Source of the DNA: Catajapyx aquilonaris
Lineage: Eukaryota
Length of the DNA stretch: 64,000 nucleotides
Assembly: GCA_000934665.2 (NCBI GenBank)
Contig: KZ538434.1
Location: forward strand, 1-64,000
Reading direction: 5' to 3'
The notes below the pieces were generated by a model. That model was not told the origin of the DNA. It did no database searches and worked only from the letters and a program-made list of their open reading frames with translations. Below, piece by piece: positions 25,076 to 37,200 of the stretch (position 1 is its first letter; each line of letters starts with the position of its first letter). The position numbers and the translations under genes were made by a program.

Positions 25076-27783
25076 TACAGTCGACGCGGATATCAGTATC
25101 CTATAACTGAGGTTACTTATATCCAAACACACAGGCCATAATATATTATGTGGTAGTATATGGCAGGACCAGCCTTTCAAGTTGGCTATAGGGTAATTCC
25201 AGGACAGTTCAACCAAAAAAAATTCAAAATGTCACCCCTCATTTTTTTATTTAAATGAAAATTGGCGCACAGTACCTTAATCATAATAGTAGCGTAAAAC
25301 TAATTTTTGTTTCCCCCTACTCTGTCAAGGTCAAGCGTGAAGTCAAGGTCAAAAAATGTATGGAGTGGAAATAGGTCTCTGCATTTCTCAGTTGCCATAT
25401 CTCAGGAACGACTGGATCTATCTCAACAATTTATATGTCAATCAAGAGAGGGTCGAGAGAGGGTGTCCACAAAATGGCTGAAAATATTTTCAAAAATCAA
25501 ATTCGACGCATTTTCGTGAAAGGGAAACTTTGACCTTTGACCCAGCTAGTCAGACACAAGTCACGAGTTTTAAATTTTGAACAATGACTATACTCTATTC
25601 TTCGTCAGAGAAAAAAGTTTAAAAAAAGTAAACTTTTTTGTATTCAAGATATTAATTCACAAAGTGATACGGGTGCAATCGTTCCTCTATACATGGACCT
25701 GGGAACGGGGACGCCCAGCTAGTCAGGTGCAAGTTAGGATTTTGAGATTTAGAACAATGATTCACAGGACTGTTACCTGCCACTGCTGAAATTTTGAAAA
25801 ATGTAAAGTCTTTTGTATTCAAAATATTAATTGATAACGTTGGCCGAGCGCAACGGTTCCTCTATTATACTGAACTGCAACTGAAATAAGTAAGATTATA
25901 CCTTGGACTGTGAATTACTGCGGGGTCTGGTAAAAATTGCTGAAACTACGTGTATGTTACTTGGCAGGACATTAATTTTAATAATGAACCTGAGGGAGCC
26001 ATACAAATCTGAAGACAGTATTAATATTAATTACAAAAAAAATATGCCACAGAATTTTAAAATGTTATGATGGCTCCCGGACTTTTTCTGAAATTGCTAC
26101 ACTTTGGGGTACAACATTTAACGGTGTTATTTATCTTGGGAGAAAAAATGTGACGACATGGTCTATTTAGACCTCAGTCCAATGTGCTATATGATTAAAA
26201 AATTTCAATTCAATTAATGTGAAATGGTTTTTAAAATCCCTGCATTAAAAATGAACAGATAATTCGACATCTGCAAGCCGTGATAAACATTCAATTCTGC
26301 GGTAGATTTTTTGTAATTAATTTTAATGCTGTCTTCAGATTTGTGTGGCCCCTCAGGTTCATTATTAAAACTAATGTCCTGCTAAATAACATACAGTATA
26401 AACGTAGTGGCAGCAATTTTTACCAGACCCCACGGAAATTTACTGCCCAAGCTAATAGCATATAATTATTGCGAGGAAATTTCAAAGTTCTTTCCAGTAA
26501 AAATTGCCGCGGACGGATACATAGAAGCTTCTGCAAGAGTACGGTCCCTCCAGTGGTATCATTAGTAAAAGACTCCATGGAGAGTACCAAAATTTTATAA
26601 AACCCAATAAATCATGATCATTAATGTGAACAACCTGCTTCACATTATAAATAAATCACAGGGTGTCTCAGAATAGTGTCTACTATTCGAATGAAAGAAA
26701 TCTCTGCAAGGTGAGGATCCGCCTTTACTTTGCCACTGATGTCTTCTAGTTACGTCCTCTATTGATTGATGATGTTGCAACAGAAGATACAGTACAGCCC
26801 AAAGTGTAATCATATTTATGTAAGTTGTCAACTGTCAAATCAACTTCAACTTTGGTGTCCGCCTAATTCCAATATTACGATTCATATATTCTAAACTCCA
26901 GATAATCTAATGGAGATTTTTTATCACATTTTGTTTACAAGTATTACCCCCACGCCCCACCACTCCACTTTTTGGGGGTGAGCGAGCTGACAGCTCGCTC
27001 ACCCCCAAAAAGTGGAGTGGTGGGTCCAAAGTATAATCTTACTTATTTCAGTTGCAGTTCAGTATAATCTGGTATAATAGAGGAACCGTTGCGCTCGGCC
27101 AAAGTTATCAATTAATATTTTGAACTTTACATTTTTCAAAATTTCAGCAGTGGCAGGTAACAGTCCTTTGAATCATTGTTCTAAATCTCAAAATCCTAAC
27201 TTGCACCTGACTAGCTGGGCGTCCCCGTTCCCAGGTCCATGTATAGAGGAACGATTGCACCCGTATCACTTTGTGAATTAATATCTTGAATACAAAAAAA
27301 GTTTACTTTTTTTGAACTTTTTTCTCTGACGAAGAATAGAGTATAGAGTCATTGTTCAAAATTTAAAACTCGTGACTTGTGTCTGACTAGCTGGGTCAAA
27401 GGTCAAAGTTTCCCTTTCACGAAAATGCGTCGAATTTGATTTTTGAAAATATTTTCAGCCATTTTGTGGACACCCTCTCTCGACCCTCTCTTGATTGACA
27501 TATAAATTGTTGAGATAGATCCAGTCGTTCCTGAGATATGGCAAGAAATGCAGAGACCTATTTCCACTCCATACATTTTTTGACCTTGACAGAGTAGGGG
27601 GAAACAAAAATTAGTTTTACGCTACTATTGTGATTAAGGTACTGTGCGCTAATTTTCATTTAAATAAAAAAATGAGGGGTGACATTTCGATTTTTTTTTT
27701 GGTTGAACTGTCCTGGAATTACCCTACAACGAGGGTTGATTATTATACTGTATCCTAGGCTGTTATACCCTGAGTCGACTGTA
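25076..27783. mobile_element. Outer Tigger/pogo-type MITE split by nested insertions
   Basis: TA|CAGTCGAC at 25076 and GTCGACTG|TA ending 27783 bracket the long-TIR element. Confidence 0.6.
25189..27726. mobile_element. Non-autonomous DNA element with ~700-bp terminal inverted repeats
   Basis: TAGGGTAATTCCAGGACAGTTCAACC… (25189-25906) is near-identical to the reverse complement of 27025-27726. No transposase ORF inside. An inner diverged inverted repeat lies at ~25912-26040/26308-26441. Confidence 0.9.
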
Positions 27784-28122
27784 TTGTACTGCATTTGATA
27801 TTTAAATATCCGAACTTGATGTTAAGAAATACTGTATTTCCAGAAGTGATACACACAGTATACCATGTGTTTTGGAATTTAGCTCACATCTGTGTTGTTA
27901 TAAATCTCATGGGCACTCATTTGTCATTTCCAAGTGGTCAAGCCATCGCCTCACCTTCACGTTGTGGTAGCGAATTACAGAAATGATATACATAATTTGT
28001 ATACATCACAATCACTCATATATAAAAACCTCTTGTCATAAAACTTTTTAATGTCGGTGCTGAAATATGCCCAACAAAGCATCACGTTATTTCAGAAACT
28101 GGTGGAAAATGAGATTATAAAT

Positions 28123-28448
28123 ATACACCGTACTCCCGATTATCCGGGCTAATGGCTGCACGGGTGTCGCCGGATAATCGGAAAACACGGATAATCGGAA
28201 AATGGTCCAAGATACAGTAGAATGAGATATTCACAGGTTTTTAATGAACGACTGTATGCCTACTGCTTTAAATAAGATTTAATCAAAATTAGAAAAATTC
28301 CCATAAATTTTTAGGAGTTTGTCTTCTGGAAAAAGTCTGTTAGGCCTATATTTCTTTGTTTGCGAGAAAAATCGACATTTTCCGGACTTTTATTTGTTTT
28401 AGCTATGCACTGATAATCCGCATGCGGATAATCGGGAGTACAGGGTAT
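28123..28448. mobile_element. Tigger/pogo-type MITE
   Basis: gtactcccgattatccg … cggataatcgggagtac termini, with repeated cggataatcg subterminal motifs. Confidence 0.75.
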
Positions 28449-28637
28449 ACACATACTGGCAACTCAAATTAAATTCACGCTGATATGTTTCACTATAAAC
28501 AAGTCATTGCAGTGGATCAAGTCCATAATAGTCAGTAATAATGTAATTTCAAGAGTGGTAATATCTAATAACATTACAACCCCTTTTTGCAGCTCCAGTA
28601 GTTGGCATTGTAGCCAATCACACATCAGCCAGCAACA

Positions 28638-28991
28638 ATGCTGGGACTCGGCCTGGGCAAGGGCTTCAATCGACGTCACAACTACGATGAAATCAACGAG
28701 GCGGTCATGCAAGCAGTGTCTCTCAGTCTATTTGGAATGACCCTGGCAGCAGGAATTTGGTGCATGGTCCGTTTGGTCATTGCCATATTCAAAGCTCCAC
28801 AGATGCAGTTTGCACCCCCAGCAGCAGCTGTACCTAAAGATGCCCAAAAGTCACAACTCAACAGTGCAGAGGGAGTAGCTCAGGGGGCAATTGAAGGAGC
28901 AGAAAATGGGGTCACCGCTGGGCAGTCCATGGAGTCAGAAACAACACCTCTACTTCCACCAGTGGATACTGCTCAAAAAAAAGACGTGTGA
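28638..28991 (+). CDS. Orphan 117-aa single-pass membrane protein (uncharacterised)
   Basis: Acceptor ccctttttgcag| at 28592, in-frame TAG upstream of the ATG, insect-type start context gcaacaATG, GC-richer coding-like composition. Hydrophobic segment at aa 26-51. AATAAA at 29039-29044, just after the stop. Confidence 0.7.
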   Translation: MLGLGLGKGFNRRHNYDEINEAVMQAVSLSLFGMTLAAGIWCMVRLVIAIFKAPQMQFAPPAAAVPKDAQKSQLNSAEGVAQGAIEGAENGVTAGQSMESETTPLLPPVDTAQKKDV

Positions 28992-29899
28992 CAATCCCCA
29001 CACTGCTTGGTGTACATGTATTTCCTGTACCTTTCTTTAATAAATGTCATGTAAGTAGGTGTGGTGCAATTACATGCTGCACAGTAATATCTGTAATACA
29101 ATGACTTTCATAGACTAACCCATGTATAAATTTTGCTACAGTCATATTGGCAAATCAAAGCATGACTTGATATTGATATACCGTAGTTTGGGATATATGC
29201 CATTTCTAAGTTTATCCCTTTTTGCGTTGTGGCAATGACCTCAGATTTGATCAGGAAAATGAAAAGTGCTTTTAATCAGCCTTTCCTTGTGTCACCACAC
29301 CTGATAAAACACAGCAGCTTGGTGGCTGAAAAATGCCACCAGCTTTTGACAGCCTAGATCTACTGTAGAAGAAACTGTGGTCATAATAAAGATAATATAC
29401 AGGGTGTTTCAAGTAAAAAGTCAGGAGTGGCTATAGCAACTTTATGGCCTTATTAAGAAGCTCATTTTTAAGAAATTACTTCCAAACGGTTAATTTTAAG
29501 GGCTATAAAACTATTAGTAGCTCATATTATGCGTCAAGGCTTGCTGGCCAATAAAGAAAGACACTCATAACCCAGCTGTCCATTACAATTAGCATGGTTT
29601 GGCAGACTGAAGGTAGCCATCTTTTAATCTGCTGGCTTCACTTATTCTGACTCATGTTAGTGGAAAGTGAAGGAGAACAGTAGCTAATTGGAGCGAGAGA
29701 ATTGGCAGTAATTACTGATAAAAAACTGCAGATTTCCAAGTCAGCATTTCCTGAAAACCATTACATCAGGGATTGAATGTAAGATGGCCTTGCACACAGG
29801 CAAACATGCAGACCGATAGATATGATACTGTTAAAATCTCCAGTACTTCTTTATGAGGTTCAATATGGTCACATACGTACAGTACATGTTTCATAATTT

Positions 29900-30452
29900 A
29901 ACTTACATCCATATTGGCCTGTCCGGATCCCACGGCCGCCTGGTGTGTGTAATTGTCTTCATTAATGCTCCTGTCATCTCCTGTGTAACTCCCTCCTCCT
30001 CCATTACTCACCCCTGTTAATTAACCTATGCCATTTACACCTATCTAAACAAACAACCTTAGCTTCAGCCACATCCATGGTCCTCTTGACACATGAACGT
30101 CTAGGCTTAACACTAGCAACACTCTTAAGACACTAGACTCACCTGGTCCAACCATGTCTTCCTATAGGCCTCCCCTTAGCAACAACTCCACCCAAATAAA
30201 CCTTCTTCACAATCTCCTCCTCCTCCATCCTCTCCACATGGTCAAACCACCTTAGAGTAGACCTATACACCTTATCTTTAACAATCTCCTTAACATTACA
30301 CCTCTACAAAATCTCCTCATTCCTAATCTTATCCAACTTAGTAACCCCACAAACAGCCTGGAGATAACGCATCTCTGTAGCCAACACCCTACTCTTATGC
30401 CTATCTGACCAAACCCATGCTTCACTACCATACATAAGTGAAGGAACAATAA
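29900..30452 (-). mobile_element. RTE-clade LINE 3' fragment (decayed)
   Basis: Minus strand (with stops) reads PSLMYGSEAWVW…EMRYLQAVCGVTKLDKIRNEEI…LRWFDHVERMEEEEIVKKVY…GRP, the typical RTE ORF C-terminus. Confidence 0.85.
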
Positions 30453-30462
30453 CAGGTTCCTG

Positions 30463-30720
30463 AACCTTAACTTAGGACGGGAGTGAAGTCAACTGGGCGG
30501 CCAGGATGTCAGAGTGGCCGGACAGGATCCTGCTGGCCGGAACATGGAGGCTCGCGGTACCTGCCACATTGTTCGTCGTCGGAGATGGGCAGGGTTGGGG
30601 GTTGGATGGGTAGTTTATAGTTTCATTTTTACAAGTTTTAATTTAGTTCATATGTGGGGTTAACTTGCGTCTCCATTCATCGCTGACTACCCCTTATAGG
30701 GAAATGTCGTGATGATGTTG
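30463..30720 (+). mobile_element. 3' end of a LINE-like retroelement with (TGA)n tail; second truncated copy at 11586-11650 (minus)
   Basis: catcgctgactaccccttatagggaaatgtcgtgatgatg at ~30678-30717 is the reverse complement of 11586-11620. Confidence 0.6.
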
Positions 30721-31146
30721 TTGCATTTGAAGCCCATTATCTCAGTAACTAGGCTGAGGAGATCAGGCTATGTACCTATACTTGTATATATACTAAAATG
30801 ATGGGCTTGAACCCCTCTACCATCCCCCAAAGCAACAGTATGCTATTTTTGCACCCTGTACATCATCAGTTTGGAAAAACTTGAAATTAATGAAAATCCA
30901 CATTGGTTTGTCCCCATTACTCTCAAATCTTTCCTGAACGAGCTTGGATAAGGACAGGAATCGGCTAGTCATGGTGACTCATACGTATATGTGACTTGAA
31001 CATTCTATTGAATATTGAACAGTTCATATTTTTGATATACCCTAAAAGTTACTGTTCAAAGTTAGTTGCCAAAAACAAGCAGCTTAGTGAAAAATCACTA
31101 ACCACTTTCACTTGGAACACCTTGTATATCAGAGGTCACTTTAGAG

Positions 31147-31373
31147 CAGTGGTTCCCAACCGGGGTGCGTGAGGCCATGAGAATTAAGTAAAATAATGTA
31201 ACATGGCTCTTCTGTCGTTTCCTATCGACATGTTTGCATTCCTCAGTTATAAAAATATCTTTCAAGAAACTCTTGCTGGAATTTATTGGGGCCGGGGGTG
31301 GGGGGGGGGGGGTGAGTGTTTGCCGGTGGAAACGAAAAGGGGGGCTTCATGACGAAAAGGTTGGGAACCACTG
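31147..31373. mobile_element. hAT (Charlie/Buster-type) MITE
   Basis: TIR CAGTGGTTCCCAACC / GGTTGGGAACCACTG with a perfect 8-bp TSD CTTTAGAG. Confidence 0.92.
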
Positions 31374-32069
31374 CTTTAGAGATTACTTGCTCTAGCAACC
31401 TGGAGCGACCCACATATTTATCTGATGATATGGCAGGTTCATGATGCTGAACCCAAGAAGCAAGTCATGTTATTTGTAATGAGATGCAACCTACACACAG
31501 CCATATTTACTTATTATTATTTTGTTAGTGTAAGGAAAACAACCTTACTTATTATCAACATATCTTATCACAGGTAAAGAAAATGAACCATATGTTAATA
31601 GCATTAGGATTACAATATTTTTTTCACCCACACTCCATGTAATAAATGTATCTTGTTGACTTTAACTCATAAGCATAGTACTTGGTAAGTTTGACCTTTG
31701 TGGGAAAAACAGACCACATGCTGAGCATTTAGACACACTTCTCTGCCATCTAATTCACCTTGTAAGTTGTAATAGACAAGAATATAACATTTGATTTCAA
31801 AATCATGCTGCCTCACCAATGAGCCAATTACATTGAGCCTCCTGCTAGCAGCTTATGGAGAACCCTTACAGATGTGATTCACAGATGAGCTATGGTAGTA
31901 ACTATTGACAACTGCTGATTACCCAGCAAATTCCACCTTAAACCAAGTGGCCTTTGCTTTTGTTGTCAAGTTTAAAAACCTGTTTCTGATTCGTAATCAG
32001 TGACTTGCTTCTAATTTTTAAGAGCTCCACTTTCCAAAGAACTAAACCCTTCCTTTAAGGATGCAACAT

Positions 32070-33517
32070 ATGAGGGCCAGTCGGAAAATAAGTTTCGCAA
32101 TGCTCCAGTTTCAATGCCATGCAATAGACAGGGTAAAGACGAGCATGAGCAGAGACATCAACCCTTCCGATACTTTATAGGATGGGCACCATCTTGCAGC
32201 TCATGCACAGGCATGGCAGCTGTCGGACAAGATCGTGTGACAATCAATGTCCCCATCCACATTCCGCCAGGAGAAATCATGACAGACTGACATGTGTTGG
32301 TCACATGGACTAAGCTAAGGCACAAGCATGGGCACAAGTTAGGACAGTTGTTATCTACGATGAGTACCAACATTCATCACCGGCTAATATGGAAATTCTG
32401 GACTGACTAAGCCAATATGTGGCCCTGCACTGCACCCCATTTATTTCTCAAGAAAATACAACAGAAACATTATAAATTTAGTCATCCACCAACATCAGCC
32501 ACCAATCATCCACCAGCATCAGTCAACCACCAACATTAGCTATCAGTGATTCATCAACGTCTTCGTTTTCCCCAGATACTCCTGGCATTCAATGGAGCCA
32601 GGACGTGATCCGCTGCTAAGCAGAACCTGTTGAAGCTATCTCGGGGAGAGCACAAGTCCATATTATGTGCGCTGGGGTCTGCGCTCCATCTCCGCATTGA
32701 CAACACATCTTGGCAGGTTCAGCCCCATCCTCTTCGTCCCGGTTCTTTCCTTTTCCCAAATGGAAACAGTGTAGGTATGCCGTAAAAAGTGGCCAAGGAT
32801 GTGGCGATTTGTGGACACCGATGGAAAGAATCCGAAGTACCACGAGGCAACCCCCATCTCCCGTTCCCGCTGCCAGGCCTCCATTTGCAAGTCGAATGCC
32901 CATTTTCGCATGTGGTGTGACAATATGGGCAAGAAGCGGTGATCCACGGTGAGCTGCGCCGCCTTCTTTGCTTCCTGATCGGCCAGCTCGTTCCCGAGCG
33001 TACCTTGGTTAAGCCTTAACCCGGTGGAGGCTGATGTCCTGGTTAGCGCCTTTCATCAGACTACGTGTGTATTGAGCCGATCCATTGGTGGAGCGTGGGT
33101 TCATCACCGGCTGGTGAAGTTGTGTGGTCCCGACGTCATGTCAGAGCAAATGGTGCGGGGGTGGTGCCAGAAATTCCATGATTGGTGCCCGAACGTGAAG
33201 GACATTCAAACACCTGGACTACCGGCCATACTGGCCGCTACCGACCCTGTCAGTAGTGGCCTCACTTCTGCCTAGTCCATACGACCAACACACATCAGGC
33301 CACCATGATTTCTCCTGGCAGACTGTGGGTGGACATGCCAAGACCTGGACAAGCTCTGCTCAGCACTAGATCTCATCTGACGGATGCTGCGCCTGCATAT
33401 AAGCTGCAAGATGGCACTTACCCCTCCTATCAGTACCGGAAGTATCAACGTCTTTGCTCATGCTTGTTTTTACGCATGGCATCGAACTGTGGCATAGCGA
33501 AGCTTATTTTTCAACTA
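32070..33517. mobile_element. Mariner-derived element (5'-end arms, HTH remnant) interrupted by a LINE fragment
   Basis: Left end tatgagggccagtcggaaaataagtttcgc pairs with right end gcgaagcttatttttcaact. 33100-33220 encodes HHRLVKLCGPDVMSEQMVRGWCQKF…NVKD (mariner HTH). Confidence 0.7.
32615..33025 (-). mobile_element. R1/I-group LINE fragment (RNase H C-terminus plus CCHC knuckle)
   Basis: Minus strand: VKA…GTLGNELADQEAKKAA (RNase H) and CQCGDGAQTPAHIIWTC (C-x-C…H…C knuckle), frameshifted. Confidence 0.8.
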
Positions 33518-33796
33518 TAATTCATGCCCCGTTATCAGCCTATCGGCTCTTTAGGGGGGAAGTTTTTGTTTTGCCTGGAACTCTTTGCATTCATTTTACT
33601 GTTCTTATTGGGATAGGATAGGGGCGGAAGGAAGCGGCTGTGGCCTATTAATTACGGAAGCAACTCCGGAATTTTCCTGGAAGGACCATGGGAAACCACA
33701 GAAAACCACGGTCAGAGTTGCCGGCCCCGGGATTTGATCCCAGGACCTTCCGATTAGCAGTCGGACACCATATCCCCTACTCCAAACTGCTTCGGT
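33518..33796 (-). mobile_element. tRNA-derived SINE family C
   Basis: A/B-box head with TCCGA-CTGCTAA-TCGGA arm. 16-bp TSD gcttatttttcaacta (33502-33517 / 33797-33812). Other copies at 38866 and 63562. Confidence 0.85.
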
Positions 33797-33810
33797 GCTT
33801 ATTTTTCAAC

Positions 33811-33978
33811 TAAAGGCCATTTCACAAAAAAAATGTCGCGCGGCAAACGGCGCGACTTGCGGCAAATTTTTTATTTATATTTATTGTTGCCAATTGTTGG
33901 CAACAATAAATATAAATAAAAAATTTGCCGCAAGTCGCGTCGTTTGCCGCGCGACATTTTTTTGTGAAATGGCCTTTA
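33811..33978. mobile_element. Near-perfect palindromic PIF/Harbinger (Tourist-like) MITE
   Basis: taaAGGCCATTTCAC…GTGAAATGGCCTtta with ~80-bp arms. Confidence 0.85.
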
Positions 33979-34219
33979 CACTCATACATCAATTTTTTAA
34001 AGGTTAATGACAGGAAAATAATCAGTTAGCATTTTGCACTAAATAATATAATTAATTTTATTGCAATAGTTTTAGAAAAAATGGTCTAAAAACACAAACA
34101 CATTATTATATGTCCACCTTACTAAAGCAAAGGTGGACTAGTCCGAGAAAATGAATATCTGCTTGTGATGCCGTGTCATGAATTAAACTGAAAGAAGTCC
34201 AATCTTCCACTGAAGCACT

Positions 34220-37200
34220 TCAGTACCGCCTGCGTTTTAGAATTTCTGGGCGCCAATTAATAGGGTGTGATTCTTCTGTTGCAGTCTCATCCTCCCGATA
34301 TACCTTGATGGTCTTGTCTGCCTCAGTGCTGATTAACCTTGTTCCACTCTGGTCGAAGCCCAATGAAAATATTCCTGACTCAGAATCCATTGAGCCTGGC
34401 TGCACAGGAGCCTGAAGCCTTTGGAAATTGTATCCAGTCTTCCAGTCCCAAAAGTGCAAGGTGCCATTGTCTCCTCCAGAGACCAGGACCCCATCTGCAT
34501 TGAGGCCCATGCAATTAATGATGGCATTGTGCCCAGAGAGGTTCTGGACAAATTTGCCCTCAGGAAATTTCCACTGCTTTAGGTTGTCAGGAGATGCAGA
34601 TCCAAACATGTACCTGCAAAGAGTATGTTGCAATGATCAAATGTGTGGAAACTACATTATAAGGCCTACTCTTCAGTAATATACTATCTCCCACTGCGCC
34701 ACAATGTGGAATTAAATGATTTTTTCCATGTGCAACAACATTGGATAACTTCAACCACCTTTGAAGTATTTCTTAATAACGCAGCTAATTCCCTGACACC
34801 AAACAAAATTATATTTGCACACATGTGGTCTTCATAACAACAGAACAAATCTGACCACATTTCAGCCATGTTTACACTGGATAGTGATACACACGTTGAT
34901 ATTCCTGGGGACTATCAATATGCCAGTAGGAATTTCAGGAGGTCTGGTATAGAGGAGGGAGAGCATGAGAGAGCTGAATGCACTCAAAGTAGACCCTTTC
35001 ATGGAAGTGTAGGGAATACTCTTGTGTGCATTCATCTAAAATCAATTAATTGGTCAAGGTGCAAATGAATGCCTGACTGAATAATCCAATGGATGGTCAA
35101 CTAAAACCTAATATCCTGAACATGTTTAAAATTATCCCTACTAATTACTCACAACTGAGGGTGGGACACTAGTGCCCTGACACTCTTCTTGTGATTAGTG
35201 AGTGTGGCACGTGACTTCCCAGCTGCCAGGTCCCACAGGCGGATGGTGCAATCGTGTGATCCTGTGACCACCTGTGGCTCAGACGCTTGGCAGAATACTG
35301 ATGCCACTGTGTTGGTGTGGCCTGAGAGGGTGTGTACATTGGCTTTTGTGCGCATATCCCACACCCGGGCCGTGGAATCACGTCCAACAGATACTATCAC
35401 ATCAATGGTTGGATGGAGGGCCAAACCGTACACTGCGCTAAGATGTCCATGGTAGTGACGGATAACCTGGAAGAGGTAAAAGTTTATTTGTATGACTAAC
35501 AAACTAGAGTTATTACACTAATATTTTTAATTCATTCGTCTAATATGAAGAGAAACCTTTGCCAAATGAACCCTTGGAAGCAGGAGAGTACATTTCTAAA
35601 AGTAGTGGTCCATCAGCAATGGACTTACTAAGCTTCAATTTTTACTCATGGATTCAATACCAGATGCTAATTCCAAATCTTTGGGAAGAGTTGTGTCATT
35701 TCCCTCTGACTGGTAATTGGTTTTTTCAGACTTGTATGATTCATAGTGCCTGGTAAAATAATAATTATCATCAGATTGTTGGCATCTACAGTAAAACTTC
35801 TATAAGTCGAAGTTCTCTATAAGTCAAACAAAATTATGAGCTTGGTTGGTCCCAATGTAAGAGAATAGGAAACAAACTTCCCTAACTCGAATTTCTGTAA
35901 CTCGAAGTTCTCCATAACTCGAAGTGCTGGCAGGGCCGTACGATGGGATATCAAGGCATTTTCAGTCTCCCTAAGTCGAAGTTCATGTTGGCGACTACGG
36001 AAAATTTTCTCATTTCGCAGCCGAGGGTACAGAGTAGGCCACATGTACAGAAAGGCTCAATTTCCTGATCTCCGTCTACCAGACGTACCGAAAAAAGTGT
36101 TTGCCTCGATTGTGATAATTGAATCCTTGAATCTAAGGGTAGGCAGATGTCCTCAACTGAGATTTTTTTTACACCAAAACAATGAGGAACATTGTAAGAG
36201 TGATAGTGACAGTTATATAAAAGTTTTGAACACTTTTCGTCGCTGGATATAAAGGTAGGCTTCCTTATAGAGTTATGTGCTCAAAAAAAGCCAAACTTCT
36301 CAAACTCGAATCTTCTATAACCCGAAGTTTTTTTCCGGTCCCATGGAGATTCGACTTATAATAGAAGGTTTACTGTATTTTGGTTGAAATCATGTCCTTA
36401 ACTGGGTGCTTTCAATGGCTCTATCTCAAATTGGGTACAGTAAAAAATTTATAAAAATAAAATGATAATGCTTTGCCATTCCTTTTACTGGATTTTGCAC
36501 TGTTGGATAGTAACCCTGTCACATAAGGACAACTGAATATGCCTTCAATCTGCCCATACCTTGCATGTAGTGTCCTAAATGCAAACTCATAGACCATGCC
36601 AAACCCTCTGTATGTCACAATATGAAAGAGTAAGCATTACCTTATTATACTCCAAGTCCCAGCACTTGACTTGCCGATCCTCTCCACAGCTAAACAGATA
36701 TGGGTGCCTAGGACTAACTGCAAGCCCTCTTACAGTGCTAATGTGACCTGTGAGTGAAAGCTTCAATCGACCACTGGCCAAGTCCCAAATCTTGATGACC
36801 CGATCGGCAGATCCAGTGGCAAACCATTCATTTCCAGGTTCCACTGCCACACACCTGACCCATCCCAAGTGACCTGAGATGACACGGTATAGCTTCCATG
36901 GTGGGTGCCATCTGGGCTTAGGCATTGACGCTGTCTTCCTGGGCAGGAGGGACTGGTGGGTTGGTGTTGGCAGGATCAGGGAAGACACGCCAGGGATTGT
37001 TGGGGTTGGGAGGTGTGATTGGGGTGCCTGTCCTTGGGAGGGTATGGCCTGGTTAGGATGTGATGCAGGTGGAGGTGGAGTTGGTGTTGGTGTTACTGGA
37101 ACTGGAAAAAAATAATAATCAATTGCAATGTATAATAATTACAGAGGATCAGGGGCATAATGTCATAGAGGCTGCGGAATCATTGCCTAACCCACTAAAA

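Noticed and set aside
35805..36010. Short periodic repeats (aactcgaa/aagtcgaag) superficially like an array
   Set aside because: Subterminal motifs of a Tigger-type MITE with irregular spacing, in eukaryotic context; not CRISPR.
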